From a virus (Duplodnaviria > Caudoviricetes), in IMG/VR virus record IMGVR_UViG_3300023214_000125, positions 1-56,431 of that record: a stretch of 56,431 nt of DNA. One strand, 5' to 3'. The position numbers were made by a program, and so were the translations under genes. The notes beneath the pieces were generated by a model, which saw nothing but the letters and a program-made list of their open reading frames with translations, did no database searches and had not been told where the DNA came from. The first letter of the stretch is position 1; the number at the start of each line of letters is the position of its first letter. Positions 6,423 through 17,066 of this stretch are shown here, piece after piece.

Positions 6423-9128
6423 CTATCTAAACGCAATCGATTGTATGAAATTACGTATCTCCAGCGCACCATCAATCATTGCGGTCTTGCCCGTTGCGCC
6501 ACTCGCTTTGCGCCGCACTTCCAGAATGTTTCCTTCTTGCGCCGGGCGGAAATTGCTCGAGGTCAGCACGTCGGTGATGTCGAGCGCATACCAGCCACCG
6601 GCCAGCGAATCGGCGGCGTCCAGGCTGCTCCACGCGCCATTGTTGACGCGGTACTCCAGATCGCCGATAACGAATGTGTCGGCTGCCGACTCTCGATTGA
6701 TGCCAAACTCGGTGGCCAGTGCGGCACCGACATCGATGTCGTGTGTATGGTCCATGCCGTGCGTGTGAGATGAGTCCGACGTGGTGGTTGAGCCTCCACC
6801 GCTATTGTCCGTGTTTATTGTGCGGTCACCTTCGTCCGACGAGTGCTCGTAAAAAAAGCCATTTCCGCTTGATGCTAGCACCACATGGCGAGATACAGAC
6901 GAGCTCCCATACGGCACTGTTAGCACATGCTGATGGTTATTTGTTTCGTGGCTATGTGATGATCCACCGCTAGTGGTCGTAATGGATGACGAGTCGGTAC
7001 TGTCCACCGTGCCACCCACTGTAGTCGCAGGTGCAACCAACTCCGTCAGGTTGAATCGCCACAACACTTGGTCAAGCTGCACCACCTCCGGCCCAAACCA
7101 CCAGCGTATTTCCGCCTTCTCGCTGGTCTGGTCTTCGCCCACGAACACGCGATGATTCTCGCGGTACGAGTTCGCATTCGTCTGCGGATGGGCGCTGAGG
7201 ACAGTGCCTTCCTCAATCTGCTGCGCCTGTATCTCGCCGTCACTGACGGGGTAGTTGTCCGTAGCCGAGATAGTGAGCCGGTGCGTCATTCCTCCATTGG
7301 CCGCGATACGGGTGGCGATTTCCAGTACTGTGAATACGCCCGACACGTTGTATGCGTCGTCTTTCCAAACAACTTGGATGCGGTCGCCGGGCCGCAGGTC
7401 GCGCGACAGCTTGAAAACCTCCAGGCTGTATGTCTTGTTATCGCTGGTGTCGTCTCGCTTGCGCAACCAGGCTTCCGCCGCGTCGAACAGAGCATTGCTC
7501 GCGCTCTCCAGGTCTTGATCTGTGTTCGAGATAGGCCGTAAACTCTTGAACTGTACAAAACGGCTGATGGTCGCGCCCAGGTTATTAACGCTGGCCGTGT
7601 TTTCCAAATAATTCTCGGCCTTGTTCAGCGTCCAACCAGTGGGAGCCGTGCGCGTGGTCGGATTGAGCGTTAATCGGGTTTCGCCGACGCCGCTGCCATG
7701 GGGATACACCCGATTTATCAGCTCATGCGAGTCGGTGACCTCCTCCAGCGAACGAATGAGACAGATATCGTCATTTGTCTCTACCGCGATGGGGTCGCCC
7801 GCGGTCTGAAACGCGCGCAGTGAAATGAGCGGCGCATCGTTCAGCCACGTGATGGAGCGCAGGAACTCGCCGTGTCGGAATTTTTCACCGATATGTTCGG
7901 CGATTTTGATGAGCGCCTGCAGTGCTGATTCACCGGCGAATTTGGTGTATACGTCGGTTGCAGTCGTCAGGTCACTGCGGAACGGGTCTAATACCCATTG
8001 ACTCGGTGTAAACTGGTTGACCACCTGCAGGATGCGCGCCGGTGCATCATTTACCCCGCCGCCGCCTTGTGAAATATTCAGAAATGCCACGGGGATTTCG
8101 GCCAACTCGGCCAGCATGTCCCGGCCCGATACCTCCAGCATGATGTTGTCAGCGTTGTCCACCGTGACGCGTGTCTGTTCGACCAGACCCCATGTCAGGC
8201 GTCGTCCATCCATGCGAATTTTGACGATGCTCGCCTTGGGCGACAGCAACTCATGACGTTCGTCGCGCTTGGGCATCCGAAACGAAAATGACCCGGCCCG
8301 GTTGAGGCGGCGCGTGTACTGGATTTCTGATGCGGTATAAATCGGCCCCGCCCCTTGCAAGATGCCTTGCCGATTAATGACGTCGATGGTGACGGGACCA
8401 TACAGTGTCTCGCCGGGAGGGGCCGAGATGCGTGTCTCTATTGCACCCGGCGAGCTAACAGAGACGCTGTCGCTGGCCGACACACTGTCCGATACGCTGA
8501 CCGCACGTGACTCTGCTGGAGCCACGGCGAACATGTGGCAAATCCACGGGGCGGACGTGCTCAGGTAGCCTGATACGTCGCCTGTTGCCCCAGCGGTGGG
8601 CGTTTCGTAGCTCGCTACGAAGCCGATGCGCGTACCGGTGCCATCGTCGAACCGCTCGGTCATCCAAAATTCTGGTGTCCACGACAGGCTGCTATCTTTG
8701 CCAGTGGCGACAAAGAAGTACCACGCGCCATCAGCTGTGGTCGTGATGCTGCTCGCCGTGGCTGTAGTGCCCGTACCGGTCTGGTCCGCAGCGCCGGATT
8801 GGGCATCAATCGGCGAGGCGGTGTTCACACCGCGCAGCGTCATGACGACACCGGCCACGTCCTTGTTGGTATCGAGTGTCCACGTGTAGTCCGCAGGCTC
8901 CGACGCGCCCGCCGCTTTGTAGTAGCTGCGAATATCGACGCCATTGCCAGTGTCGTCGTTCTCCAGAATGAGCGTCCAGCCGCTCGGCGCGGTGACGCCC
9001 GTCGACGCCATGTGCAGCGTGGCAATCAGCACATCGTCTTCCGCCGTGCCCGTTGGCTTGTCGATGGTGATAGAACTTTGCGTGCTACCGTATGTTTTTG
9101 TGGCGCTAGCCACAAATGTGATAGCCAT
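6423..9128 (-). CDS. Baseplate hub/Tal-like minor tail protein
   Basis: 901 aa directly after Dit; RRLNRAGSFSF, VSGRD, LINRVYPHG and LRPGDRIQV patterns. Confidence 0.7.
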   Translation of the reverse strand: MAITFVASATKTYGSTQSSITIDKPTGTAEDDVLIATLHMASTGVTAPSGWTLILENDDTGNGVDIRSYYKAAGASEPADYTWTLDTNKDVAGVVMTLRGVNTASPIDAQSGAADQTGTGTTATASSITTTADGAWYFFVATGKDSSLSWTPEFWMTERFDDGTGTRIGFVASYETPTAGATGDVSGYLSTSAPWICHMFAVAPAESRAVSVSDSVSASDSVSVSSPGAIETRISAPPGETLYGPVTIDVINRQGILQGAGPIYTASEIQYTRRLNRAGSFSFRMPKRDERHELLSPKASIVKIRMDGRRLTWGLVEQTRVTVDNADNIMLEVSGRDMLAELAEIPVAFLNISQGGGGVNDAPARILQVVNQFTPSQWVLDPFRSDLTTATDVYTKFAGESALQALIKIAEHIGEKFRHGEFLRSITWLNDAPLISLRAFQTAGDPIAVETNDDICLIRSLEEVTDSHELINRVYPHGSGVGETRLTLNPTTRTAPTGWTLNKAENYLENTASVNNLGATISRFVQFKSLRPISNTDQDLESASNALFDAAEAWLRKRDDTSDNKTYSLEVFKLSRDLRPGDRIQVVWKDDAYNVSGVFTVLEIATRIAANGGMTHRLTISATDNYPVSDGEIQAQQIEEGTVLSAHPQTNANSYRENHRVFVGEDQTSEKAEIRWWFGPEVVQLDQVLWRFNLTELVAPATTVGGTVDSTDSSSITTTSGGSSHSHETNNHQHVLTVPYGSSSVSRHVVLASSGNGFFYEHSSDEGDRTINTDNSGGGSTTTSDSSHTHGMDHTHDIDVGAALATEFGINRESAADTFVIGDLEYRVNNGAWSSLDAADSLAGGWYALDITDVLTSSNFRPAQEGNILEVRRKASGATGKTAMIDGALEIRNFIQSIAFR

Positions 9129-9989
9129 CTACGCCCACGCGTCTTTCCATCGAAAGTCAATGATGTCGCCATTGAGCGAATCAGCCGCCACATACTGCAC
9201 GGTGATGGTGTTCGTTCCTGGCGCGAGTGGCATCCACGGAATTTGGTTGTTGGCGAAGCCAGAAAACGCATTATCTCCGCCGTTGGTGATGCTCATCGCA
9301 CCCACATTGATGATTAGCTCTGTCCCGGCTGTAATGGTGTCGGAGAACGTCATGGATGCACCGTTGGCACTATTGCTGATGGTTAGCGAAGAAACCGCCT
9401 CATTTGGCCGCAGCGAAATGACTAGGTCAGTCGCGTCCACATTGCCGCCGTTCGACAAGCTGAAACTATCCGGGTTGGCATCAAAGGTGAACTCCTCGAA
9501 CTCCTCGCCGAATGTAGCCGTACCGTCGCCAAATGTCCACGAGCCATCACCCCATGTCCACCCCTGCACCGGGTGTGCTGTGCCGAACCATTTTTGGTCC
9601 GCCGTCATCCACGTAAAATTGACGACCAACCAATTGCCCTTGTCGCTGCCCCGCCGTGGCGTGCTTACGTCCGTTAGTCGAGCATACTGCCAGCGCTCAG
9701 TACTGTCGTCATACTGCACCGTCAACTTGCCGCGTACGCCGATTTTGGCGCGCCAATTGTCTAGCGTATCTCTGGTGTCTGCCGCAGTGTCGCCCCAGAT
9801 GAATCCGGTTTTCGTAATGGACTGGATGGCGCGCGGTGACACGCTGCTGCCATAGTTGTCAAAAAAACCGCCCCCCGCAAGCTGCGTGAAATTCGTCAGC
9901 GCTGAGCCGGTACCGATGTTCTGTTGGTCGCCATCCTGCAAATAGGTCGGGATGGTTAGACTGTCGAAGCTGAGTAAAATATATGCCAT
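9129..9989 (-). CDS. Distal tail protein (Dit)
   Basis: Follows the tape measure gene; NGGNVDA and WMPLAPGTNTI motifs. Confidence 0.75.
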   Translation of the reverse strand: MAYILLSFDSLTIPTYLQDGDQQNIGTGSALTNFTQLAGGGFFDNYGSSVSPRAIQSITKTGFIWGDTAADTRDTLDNWRAKIGVRGKLTVQYDDSTERWQYARLTDVSTPRRGSDKGNWLVVNFTWMTADQKWFGTAHPVQGWTWGDGSWTFGDGTATFGEEFEEFTFDANPDSFSLSNGGNVDATDLVISLRPNEAVSSLTISNSANGASMTFSDTITAGTELIINVGAMSITNGGDNAFSGFANNQIPWMPLAPGTNTITVQYVAADSLNGDIIDFRWKDAWA

Positions 9990-9991
9990 CC

Positions 9992-12900
9992 CTATCCTCC
10001 CCGCGCACGCATGGCATCTGTCACGCCCTGTTGCACACCGGCGCGTACCGCGTCCACATCCGTGCCCGGCGTAGCATTGACCACAATGTTAAAAGTCGTG
10101 CTGTTGTTGGTCGTTGCGCCCGCTGCCGCCGCTTGTGCTGTTGCGCCCAGCACGTCGACATTGAGGCTCGCGGCCTCGATGCCCTGCTGGATATTGCCGA
10201 TGATGGCGGCTCCGGCGTCAGATAGCCCACGCAAAGGCGATGACGCATCTTTGGGCTCGGAGCCGGGCAGTTGGTCTTTGAACCATTTGATGCGTTCCCG
10301 GAACCAGGTTTCTACCGGCTCCCACGCCCCCTTCATGCCGTCGAACAAATTGCCGATGAGATCCTTGCCGCTCTGGAGCATATCGGTTACTAGGCCGCCG
10401 ATAATATCGCCCACGTCCTCGACAAAGCCGCGGAACTCCTCCGCAGTATCAAATAGGCCAGTTGCAAACCTCTTAACAAAATCAGGAATGGCCTCGCCCA
10501 GCCGCTCAAAAATACTCCCCCAGAATGCATTAAATGCCTCTTTGAGATTTTCCCAAGCCACTTCCCAATCGCCGCGCAGCAAGGATAGAATGCTTGTAAA
10601 TAGATTCAGAAGTGCATTCAGGTTTTCACCCAGGAATGTGCCAATACGCTGCCAGGCGGTGCGGGTGATTTCCTCATTCTCCGTGGCGCTATTGCCAAAT
10701 AATTCGTTGAGCTGGTCGAGGATGCGGCCAACTTCCTCGACCAGCTCGCGCAGGTCGGTCAGATTGGTCTCATCTCCGAATGCAGAAAATAACTCGCCCA
10801 CTTTGACGGTCAGGTTTCCGGCAAGCTTAATGGCCTCCTCAAACGCAGTTCGCAAAGAGGGCCATATTTCTCCGGTGAATGTGCGTCCATCCTCGATAAG
10901 GGTGTCAAAAGCCTCTTTAATGGCCCGGACAAATTGCGGTGGCTCTCCGGCCTCACCATCTGCCAGCCCCTCCTTGATACCCGCTATGGCTTCGTTGACT
11001 CCATCTATCGCCGTCTGTAACTCGGGCGAAACTAAATCTTCTGTCTCAAACAATTCGGGCGGCAGAATATCCGGCAAGGGCAGCCCTGCACCCGCACCTC
11101 CCTGCGCTCTCTCTTGCGCCAACCGTTGCTCCAGCTGCGCAATTTGCACGAGAATATTGAAGTATTCAACGCTGCCCTTTTCGGCTTTCGCTAGCTCTTC
11201 GCGCATGATGGCGATTTTGCCCGGCGTGTCGGCCAATTGCAACTCGTATCGTAGCTGTGCGGCGGCGAGTTGTTCCTGCTCCCGCGCCGCCGCCTTGGCG
11301 GCCTGCTCAGCCTCCTGCAAAGCTTTTGCCGCTTCACGTTGCGCCTCGCCCGCTGCCGCATCTGCTGCCCGTTGCGCCGCTTGCTCTAGGCGTTCGTACA
11401 ATCGCACCTGTTCGCCAAGCAGTTCATTCGTCCGCACCTGCTGGTCAAGCGCGGACTCCTGTACCGACAGATTTTCAGCGGCAGCTTTTTCTGCTTCCTG
11501 CGCCTGTTCTAGTTTCGCCTCTGCCTCGGTGACCGCCTCGTCCCGCTCTCGGTTGGCATCGGTGATTTGATTTTGCAACTCCAGTTGGGCTATCTGGAGT
11601 TGCGCAAGTTCGCGTTCCCGGCCCGTGGATAGTGGATCGCGCACTGTTTCCTGCAATCGCTCGATGCGCTGCTGATTGCGCAGCAATTTCTCTCGCTCGC
11701 GCAGTGCGCCAAGTTCGTCTTGCAGCGGGTCGATAATATCGGCGAATCGCTCATTTACTGCGTTGAGGTCTGACTGCGCCTGCTCAGTTGCACGGGTGGC
11801 GCTCTCCAGTTCAAAAAATGCCTCAACTACGCCACGCACGCTATCTCCGGCAGGCCCGGCGCGCAGTGCAATGGTGCTCAGTGTCTCCTGTGAGACTCGC
11901 CCCACCTCGCGGAACTCACCGATTGCGCGGGTGATAGCCTCACGCGTGCCGAGCACCCGACCAACCACGTCAATTTCGTCGATTTGGCCCACGTCCACAA
12001 ACGAGCGAATAGCCCGCTCAATGCCACTGCCGAGCCGGTCGAGCGCGTCGAAATTCGCTTGTGACCATCCCGACAAATATTCCTGCGCCGCCGATTGCCC
12101 CCAGCGCACCAGCTCGGGCAACAGCCGCGGCGGACTGCCCGGCTGCAACCAAAACACGAAGATGTCGCGCATAGTTTGGAGCACTGGCGTGATGAAGCGC
12201 AGACCAGCGGCCAGACCGTTGGCAATTTGCGCAGCGATATTTTCAGCGAACGGCGCCACTCGGTTTGCGAGGTCAGCCAACGTATTAGCGACGATTGAGG
12301 CCAATGGCTCAAAAGCCGAGCCGATAGTCGCACGCAGATTGTCAAAGCCCGCAGACGCGCGCCGCAACGCATTCGGTAGGCTTTCCGCAGTGCGCGCAAA
12401 ATCGCCCTGAGCCGTTGCGGTTTGGTCAAGTATCAGATTGTACCGAGCAATCACTTTTTGTTGTTCGGTCAGTTCGTCGCCCGCCGAGGCAATGCCAAGC
12501 TCAAACGCTTTTGCCTCCACCGTGGCCGCGTTGATGTTGACGCCCAATGTACGAAGTGGCTCGGTCTCGCCCACGAGACCGGCGCGCAATTTTTCCAACG
12601 CCTCGGTCGGGTCGATGTTGTTGAAACTGGCGAGGTCTGACGCCAGCTCGACCAGCGTTTGCGAAAATTCCGCAGCCTCTCCACGCCCGAATCCGAGCAA
12701 CACAAATAGATTGCCGAACGTGGCCGCGGCCTCTACCGCTTGTTGCTGCGATTGCCCTAGTGCATTGGCTGTGGTCTGCGACCAGTCGAGAATTTCTTGC
12801 GCGGACTGTCCGAATACAGCCGATGTTTTGTTGATGGACTCGCCGAGGCCGGACGCTGCGTTGATGGTACGCCCTATTCCGTTAACAGCACGATTGAAAC

Positions 12901-13063
12901 CGGTCACTAGCCCGTCGAACAACCGTTGACCGATTCCCCGAAAAACGCCTTGCAGCACGTTGCCGAGCGCGGTGGTTTCCCGACGCAGTCGCGCCGAGTC
13001 GCGCTCGTATTGGTCTGTATCAATTCTGGCGCCGACAAAAACATCGGCGATCTTGATAGCCAT
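9992..13063 (-). CDS. Tape measure protein
   Basis: 1023 aa helical/coiled-coil protein; LASDLASFNN and GETEPLRTLG motifs. Confidence 0.92.
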   Translation of the reverse strand: MAIKIADVFVGARIDTDQYERDSARLRRETTALGNVLQGVFRGIGQRLFDGLVTGFNRAVNGIGRTINAASGLGESINKTSAVFGQSAQEILDWSQTTANALGQSQQQAVEAAATFGNLFVLLGFGRGEAAEFSQTLVELASDLASFNNIDPTEALEKLRAGLVGETEPLRTLGVNINAATVEAKAFELGIASAGDELTEQQKVIARYNLILDQTATAQGDFARTAESLPNALRRASAGFDNLRATIGSAFEPLASIVANTLADLANRVAPFAENIAAQIANGLAAGLRFITPVLQTMRDIFVFWLQPGSPPRLLPELVRWGQSAAQEYLSGWSQANFDALDRLGSGIERAIRSFVDVGQIDEIDVVGRVLGTREAITRAIGEFREVGRVSQETLSTIALRAGPAGDSVRGVVEAFFELESATRATEQAQSDLNAVNERFADIIDPLQDELGALREREKLLRNQQRIERLQETVRDPLSTGRERELAQLQIAQLELQNQITDANRERDEAVTEAEAKLEQAQEAEKAAAENLSVQESALDQQVRTNELLGEQVRLYERLEQAAQRAADAAAGEAQREAAKALQEAEQAAKAAAREQEQLAAAQLRYELQLADTPGKIAIMREELAKAEKGSVEYFNILVQIAQLEQRLAQERAQGGAGAGLPLPDILPPELFETEDLVSPELQTAIDGVNEAIAGIKEGLADGEAGEPPQFVRAIKEAFDTLIEDGRTFTGEIWPSLRTAFEEAIKLAGNLTVKVGELFSAFGDETNLTDLRELVEEVGRILDQLNELFGNSATENEEITRTAWQRIGTFLGENLNALLNLFTSILSLLRGDWEVAWENLKEAFNAFWGSIFERLGEAIPDFVKRFATGLFDTAEEFRGFVEDVGDIIGGLVTDMLQSGKDLIGNLFDGMKGAWEPVETWFRERIKWFKDQLPGSEPKDASSPLRGLSDAGAAIIGNIQQGIEAASLNVDVLGATAQAAAAGATTNNSTTFNIVVNATPGTDVDAVRAGVQQGVTDAMRARGG

Positions 13064-13435
13064 CTAGTGCTTTTTGCCCTTCGGTGGCGGGATTTTCTTG
13101 CCCACGCCCAATTGCTCCACGAGGTCAAATAGTCCCGGCACGCCGGCGGCGCGCTGCTCCTGTGCGGCGCGCACTGCGTCGGATACACCTCCTGAATGCG
13201 GCAAGGACGATTTGCCCGCATTTATCGCCTCGCCGTACGCGTTGACGACAGACACCGCCTGCTGCCGATACTCCCAGCGCTTGCGGCGCATCCACGAATC
13301 TAAGAGGAGGTCTTGGACTTCTTCGGGCGTCCCGATTTCGTTTGGCCATTGACCCCACTCGGCGAGGGCGAGTTCGGTGATGTCGTGGTCTGAGAGCGGC
13401 CAATCCCTATCACGCTCGCCAGTCGTCCTAAAGGG
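13064..13435 (-). CDS. Tail assembly chaperone -1 frameshift extension (gpT-like)
   Basis: -1 frame is open from slippery CCCTTTA (13435-13429) through ORF 13064..13291. Confidence 0.75.
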   Translation of the reverse strand, partial: PFRTTGERDRDWPLSDHDITELALAEWGQWPNEIGTPEEVQDLLLDSWMRRKRWEYRQQAVSVVNAYGEAINAGKSSLPHSGGVSDAVRAAQEQRAAGVPGLFDLVEQLGVGKKIPPPKGKKH

Positions 13436-13773
13436 TACGCCAGGCCCAGAATTTGCCCGAACGCCTCCACCATTTCGTCGTCATAGGCTTCCGACTCGAT
13501 GCGCGCTCGGTCCTTAGCCAGCACCGGGGCATAGTCGAACACTAGCTCCGCAATGATGTCGATAGCACCGAGTGCCACGTCAGAGACTAACTGAATGATG
13601 CTCACGTAGTCGCCAACCGTGGCAAGCTCTAATTCCTGATTGCCTTCGAGTAAAGTCGTTATGCGCGAAAAAGGCGCGGCAAGGTTGTCTCGCCACGCTT
13701 TATTAGCACGCATCGGTAGTTGCGACACAGTATATGACTCGCCGCCCAACTTGATTTCAATTTCTCGTGCCAT
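13300..13773 (-). CDS. Tail assembly chaperone (gpG-like)
   Basis: Between tail tube and tape measure genes; contains the slippery heptamer. Confidence 0.8.
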   Translation of the reverse strand: MAREIEIKLGGESYTVSQLPMRANKAWRDNLAAPFSRITTLLEGNQELELATVGDYVSIIQLVSDVALGAIDIIAELVFDYAPVLAKDRARIESEAYDDEMVEAFGQILGLAYPLGRLASVIGIGRSQTTTSPNSPSPSGVNGQTKSGRPKKSKTSS

Positions 13774-13789
13774 AGCTGAAGTTCTCCGT

Positions 13790-14410
13790 CTAGCTCGTGG
13801 CCGGAGCGGTCACGATTTGGATTTGCACCAATTGTTCGCCCGTGGCCTTCGACGAATCCGCCAATCCCTCGATGATGACTGGCATGCCGGTCGCACCAGC
13901 TTTGTCAAATGGAATGTCGCCATCCTGTCGGATGGTGCCGCGATGAATAAATACACGTACCGGCTGTTCATTGTTATTTGTATCCAGTCGGTACCCCTCG
14001 ATGGCGAACAGATATTCGGCGAGCGCTGTACTACCACCCGCCTTGATTTCGCTAAATCCCTTTTGTGATGCCCCGGCGGCAGTGTCGGTATTTGTGCCAC
14101 CGAGAATTAGAGCTAACAGGTCACCATCAAACTGCGCCAAAGTCGTTGCGGCCGTAATTCTTTCGGTGTTCTTGCTGCGCTTGATGGGACTGGCGCTTTG
14201 TTGCACATCCACCTCAAATGTCTCATAGGTGTAATTAATGACCGTTGGCACAAGCGTGTAGCCCATCATTGTGAAATCGGTCCAATTCGTATACGCTCCC
14301 GTGCTGTCATTCCAATCGACCGTTGTCTCGTCGGGTAGTGCAGTGCCGGTTGCGGCCCACAAAACGCGAGCGTCGGCCACCAGCACATCAGATGCAGAAA
14401 AAGAAGCCAT
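13790..14410 (-). CDS. Major tail tube protein
   Basis: 206 aa; position; MGYT...INY and F-to-M-PV C-terminal pattern. Confidence 0.8.
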   Translation of the reverse strand: MASFSASDVLVADARVLWAATGTALPDETTVDWNDSTGAYTNWTDFTMMGYTLVPTVINYTYETFEVDVQQSASPIKRSKNTERITAATTLAQFDGDLLALILGGTNTDTAAGASQKGFSEIKAGGSTALAEYLFAIEGYRLDTNNNEQPVRVFIHRGTIRQDGDIPFDKAGATGMPVIIEGLADSSKATGEQLVQIQIVTAPATS

Positions 14411-14422
14411 TTTGTATCACTC

Positions 14423-14824
14423 CTATGCGGCCACTGCGGACAGCAGCCATATATCAAAAAAGACCAGCACGTAGGGCCAGCCCGTATCTTGTTCTTCGAG
14501 CGTCTGGCCCGGCACATCGAGTAGCGCCTGCCGAATACCATCGCCGCGCTTGTCGTCCAGCACATCTACTAGCGTGCGGTACAGTGTATTAGCATCGTAC
14601 TTGTTGGCGGCGTAGCATTTCATCTGCATGGAGAGTCGGAGCACCTGCCGGGAAAAATCCAGCCCCGGTCCGCCGCGCGAGCGAAACGCGATACCTGCAC
14701 CGTCCCCCGGATCGTAATCTTCTGGCGGAAACGTGCGGCCCGGCCACAAACGGGTGGAGGTCAGCGCAGTAAGCGCTGACTGATTACTGAGATAGGTTCT
14801 CAGTGTCGTATTTGCATCTATCAC
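14423..14824 (-). CDS. Tail terminator/completion protein
   Basis: 133 aa upstream of tube; RLWP...MQMKCYA pattern. Confidence 0.7.
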   Translation of the reverse strand: MIDANTTLRTYLSNQSALTALTSTRLWPGRTFPPEDYDPGDGAGIAFRSRGGPGLDFSRQVLRLSMQMKCYAANKYDANTLYRTLVDVLDDKRGDGIRQALLDVPGQTLEEQDTGWPYVLVFFDIWLLSAVAA

Positions 14825-15222
14825 CGCAGCTTCGCCTCAATTGCACCCTCGACGCGCGGGTTGTTCTGCACTTGGTTAAGTGCCTTGAACAGATAGCTAT
14901 CACGCAGCTCAGGGTAAATGGCGTACACTGCCGCCACACCCACCGTTGCGCCGCTCGACGGTCGATCCGGCTGCACAGCCTCGCGCCGCACCTGTCCACT
15001 ACCTTTGAGCGACGTATATGTGCCGGATGGCGGGATGGGCGTAATTTGCTTGGGTGTCGCCACATAGACCGAGTTGCGCAAAAAGCGCGTGTCTACCTGG
15101 CCGTTTTCGTCGATGTTTTGCCGTGCTTCTTCGCGCACAGCAAACGCAATGTCCTCTAGCGCAATCTGCGCACGGTTCTCGACGAGTTGCCGTACCCGGT
15201 CGCCGAACCATCTAACCGGCAT
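14821..15222 (-). CDS. HK97 gp10-like neck/tail completion protein
   Basis: VDTRFLRNS, YAIYPE and YLFKAL motifs. Confidence 0.75.
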   Translation of the reverse strand: MPVRWFGDRVRQLVENRAQIALEDIAFAVREEARQNIDENGQVDTRFLRNSVYVATPKQITPIPPSGTYTSLKGSGQVRREAVQPDRPSSGATVGVAAVYAIYPELRDSYLFKALNQVQNNPRVEGAIEAKLR

Positions 15223-15445
15223 CCTTTGACTCCCGTATATTCACCAGCGCGGGCATGTTGGCATCCACCGAGGCAACGCACTTGATTGTCACGACAGGCA
15301 AGACCCCGGCCACCGTCTCGAAACTGACGCCGGTTGTCGAATGCAATCTCATGCCATTGATTTCGACCGTGCCATTACCCCATTCGTCCATACGAATAAT
15401 CACGCGGTCATATTGCTGCGTGTCCTGCATTCGCTTGTCTATCAT
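15212..15445 (-). CDS. Hypothetical protein
   Basis: ATGA-coupled start at 15445. Confidence 0.55.
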   Translation of the reverse strand: MIDKRMQDTQQYDRVIIRMDEWGNGTVEINGMRLHSTTGVSFETVAGVLPVVTIKCVASVDANMPALVNIRESKDAG

Positions 15446-15831
15446 GACTCGCTCCCATCCATCACCTTGGCGCACAGGCACTCTACCCCCACGTGGGTCG
15501 TGTCTGGCCCAGCCACAATCTCGTAGGTGATGGGACTATTCAGTGTGTCGCCGTGCAGTTTTGTCACCCTGAGTCGGTCCCGATAGTCTAGCGTTGTGCC
15601 GCGGGCGAAATGGATGCGCACATCTACGCGCTGCACCTGGTCCTGCACCTCCATCGTCTGCGGCTCAAACTCAGACACTAGACACGAGAATGTTGCCCCG
15701 GCGCTGTACGATTGCCCGTAGCCGTAGCCCTCATCACTGCTGCTGTAGACCATGCGTACACATGTGTCCATAAGCGCATCTGTGTGGATGCTGCGCAAGT
15801 TAGTCAGTGTCACGTCGTTGATTAGAGGCAT
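15442..15831 (-). CDS. Head closure/stopper protein
   Basis: Position; DRLRV...YEIV pattern; start reset to MPLIND. Confidence 0.65.
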   Translation of the reverse strand: MPLINDVTLTNLRSIHTDALMDTCVRMVYSSSDEGYGYGQSYSAGATFSCLVSEFEPQTMEVQDQVQRVDVRIHFARGTTLDYRDRLRVTKLHGDTLNSPITYEIVAGPDTTHVGVECLCAKVMDGSES

Positions 15832-16210
15832 TGCGATTTGTGTGCAATTCCACGGTAAATGCAGGCTCCACGCGGTCGCTGTCGGTTTCGTAAGTCTGCT
15901 TGTCGGACCGACTGATTCCGCCCGCGTATGGCGTGGCCCCGATGTTGCGCGCCGCCTGCATGGATAATGTCTTGGCGAGCGCCACATAGTGCTCGTATTT
16001 TTGCGAGTTGCTGGCCCGCACATCGTCTACTGTTGCATCTACCTCGCGTGCGAATTTGGCAGCCAGTGCATTGCACGCCGCCGCCGCCGTCGCATAGACA
16101 CCACCGTACAGTGACTCCAGCGATGTGATTTGCGCATCGCTGAATAGCTCGTCGCTCGTATCGATGTCGCCTATCAGGAGGCGAATTTGGTGGATGCTTT
16201 CAGCGCTCAT
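15800..16210 (-). CDS. Head-tail connector/adaptor
   Basis: IRLLIGD...FSDAQI motif typical of gp15-like adaptors. Confidence 0.75.
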   Translation of the reverse strand: MSAESIHQIRLLIGDIDTSDELFSDAQITSLESLYGGVYATAAAACNALAAKFAREVDATVDDVRASNSQKYEHYVALAKTLSMQAARNIGATPYAGGISRSDKQTYETDSDRVEPAFTVELHTNRNASNQRRDTD

Positions 16211-16764
16211 TAGCTTACCGTGGCGCTAAATGGTGTGGCCTCCGTGCCGGTCGCATCACTGATGACGCGTACCCACCACTCATTGGCAGCCATGTCAACG
16301 CACTCAACTGTCGCGCCTTTGATACCGCCGGTCGTCGTACCATTCAGCGTGATGGTGTCATCACCCGCGGTTGCCTCAAACCCTACAACCGTTTCGGCGC
16401 TGTCCTGGTTAAGCAACGCCATACCGAACATTGTGTCATTGGCGTTGGCAACCTTGACAGTTGTCGAATTGCTGGTAATGGTTGTGCCAATAATGAAGCG
16501 ATATTTTGCACCGCCACCCGTTGCAGCAGGCAACGTGACCGCAATCCCGGCCGCCCGATTTAGCGTAACGATTCTTCCCTCGTGTGTCGCTTCGGTGACG
16601 GACAGCGTCGAGCTCGTCGCATCCACGATGCGGCCCGATATATCCGCCGCCCGGTTGAGCTCCGCGGCCGAGGCCGTCACCGCTGTGCTATTGATATAAA
16701 GCTGGTCAGTTGGCACATCGACCGCGCCAACCAGCGCCTTGCCTTTTGTGAGTCTATTTGCCAT
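16210..16764 (-). CDS. Putative head-associated structural protein
   Basis: In the head module; VTLPAA and beta-rich composition. Confidence 0.55.
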   Translation of the reverse strand: MANRLTKGKALVGAVDVPTDQLYINSTAVTASAAELNRAADISGRIVDATSSTLSVTEATHEGRIVTLNRAAGIAVTLPAATGGGAKYRFIIGTTITSNSTTVKVANANDTMFGMALLNQDSAETVVGFEATAGDDTITLNGTTTGGIKGATVECVDMAANEWWVRVISDATGTEATPFSATVS

Positions 16765-17065
16765 CGTTCACCTCCTGTAGGCGCGACCGGTAAATAGCCT
16801 GCGCCGTGCTGCGCTCATCCTGCGCCATCGCCGCGCGCAATGTTTCCGCATCGGTCACGCTTGGCGTAAGCTTGCGCAGTTGATAGATGGTGGCATCCAG
16901 CAGGATGGCGACAGTTAGCTCATTGCTATCCTCCTCTGCTACTACACGCACGTACCGTTGGCGCACCATGCGGTCCAGACGTCGCGCGTCCACGAAGTCA
17001 GCGCGTGTGAGCAGCGTCCCTACCGGCATTCCAGCGGCCTCTTTAACTACCTCGTAGGTCGCCAT
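16754..17065 (-). CDS. Hypothetical protein after major capsid
   Basis: 103 aa, tightly coupled to neighbours. Confidence 0.6.
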   Translation of the reverse strand: MATYEVVKEAAGMPVGTLLTRADFVDARRLDRMVRQRYVRVVAEEDSNELTVAILLDATIYQLRKLTPSVTDAETLRAAMAQDERSTAQAIYRSRLQEVNDGK

Positions 17066-17066
17066 C

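Noticed and set aside
10011-11570. Long plus-strand ORFs opposite structural genes (also 8944..9855, 32545..33909, 35087..36112)
   Set aside because: Antisense shadows of well-supported minus-strand genes in GC-rich DNA; no SD or motifs
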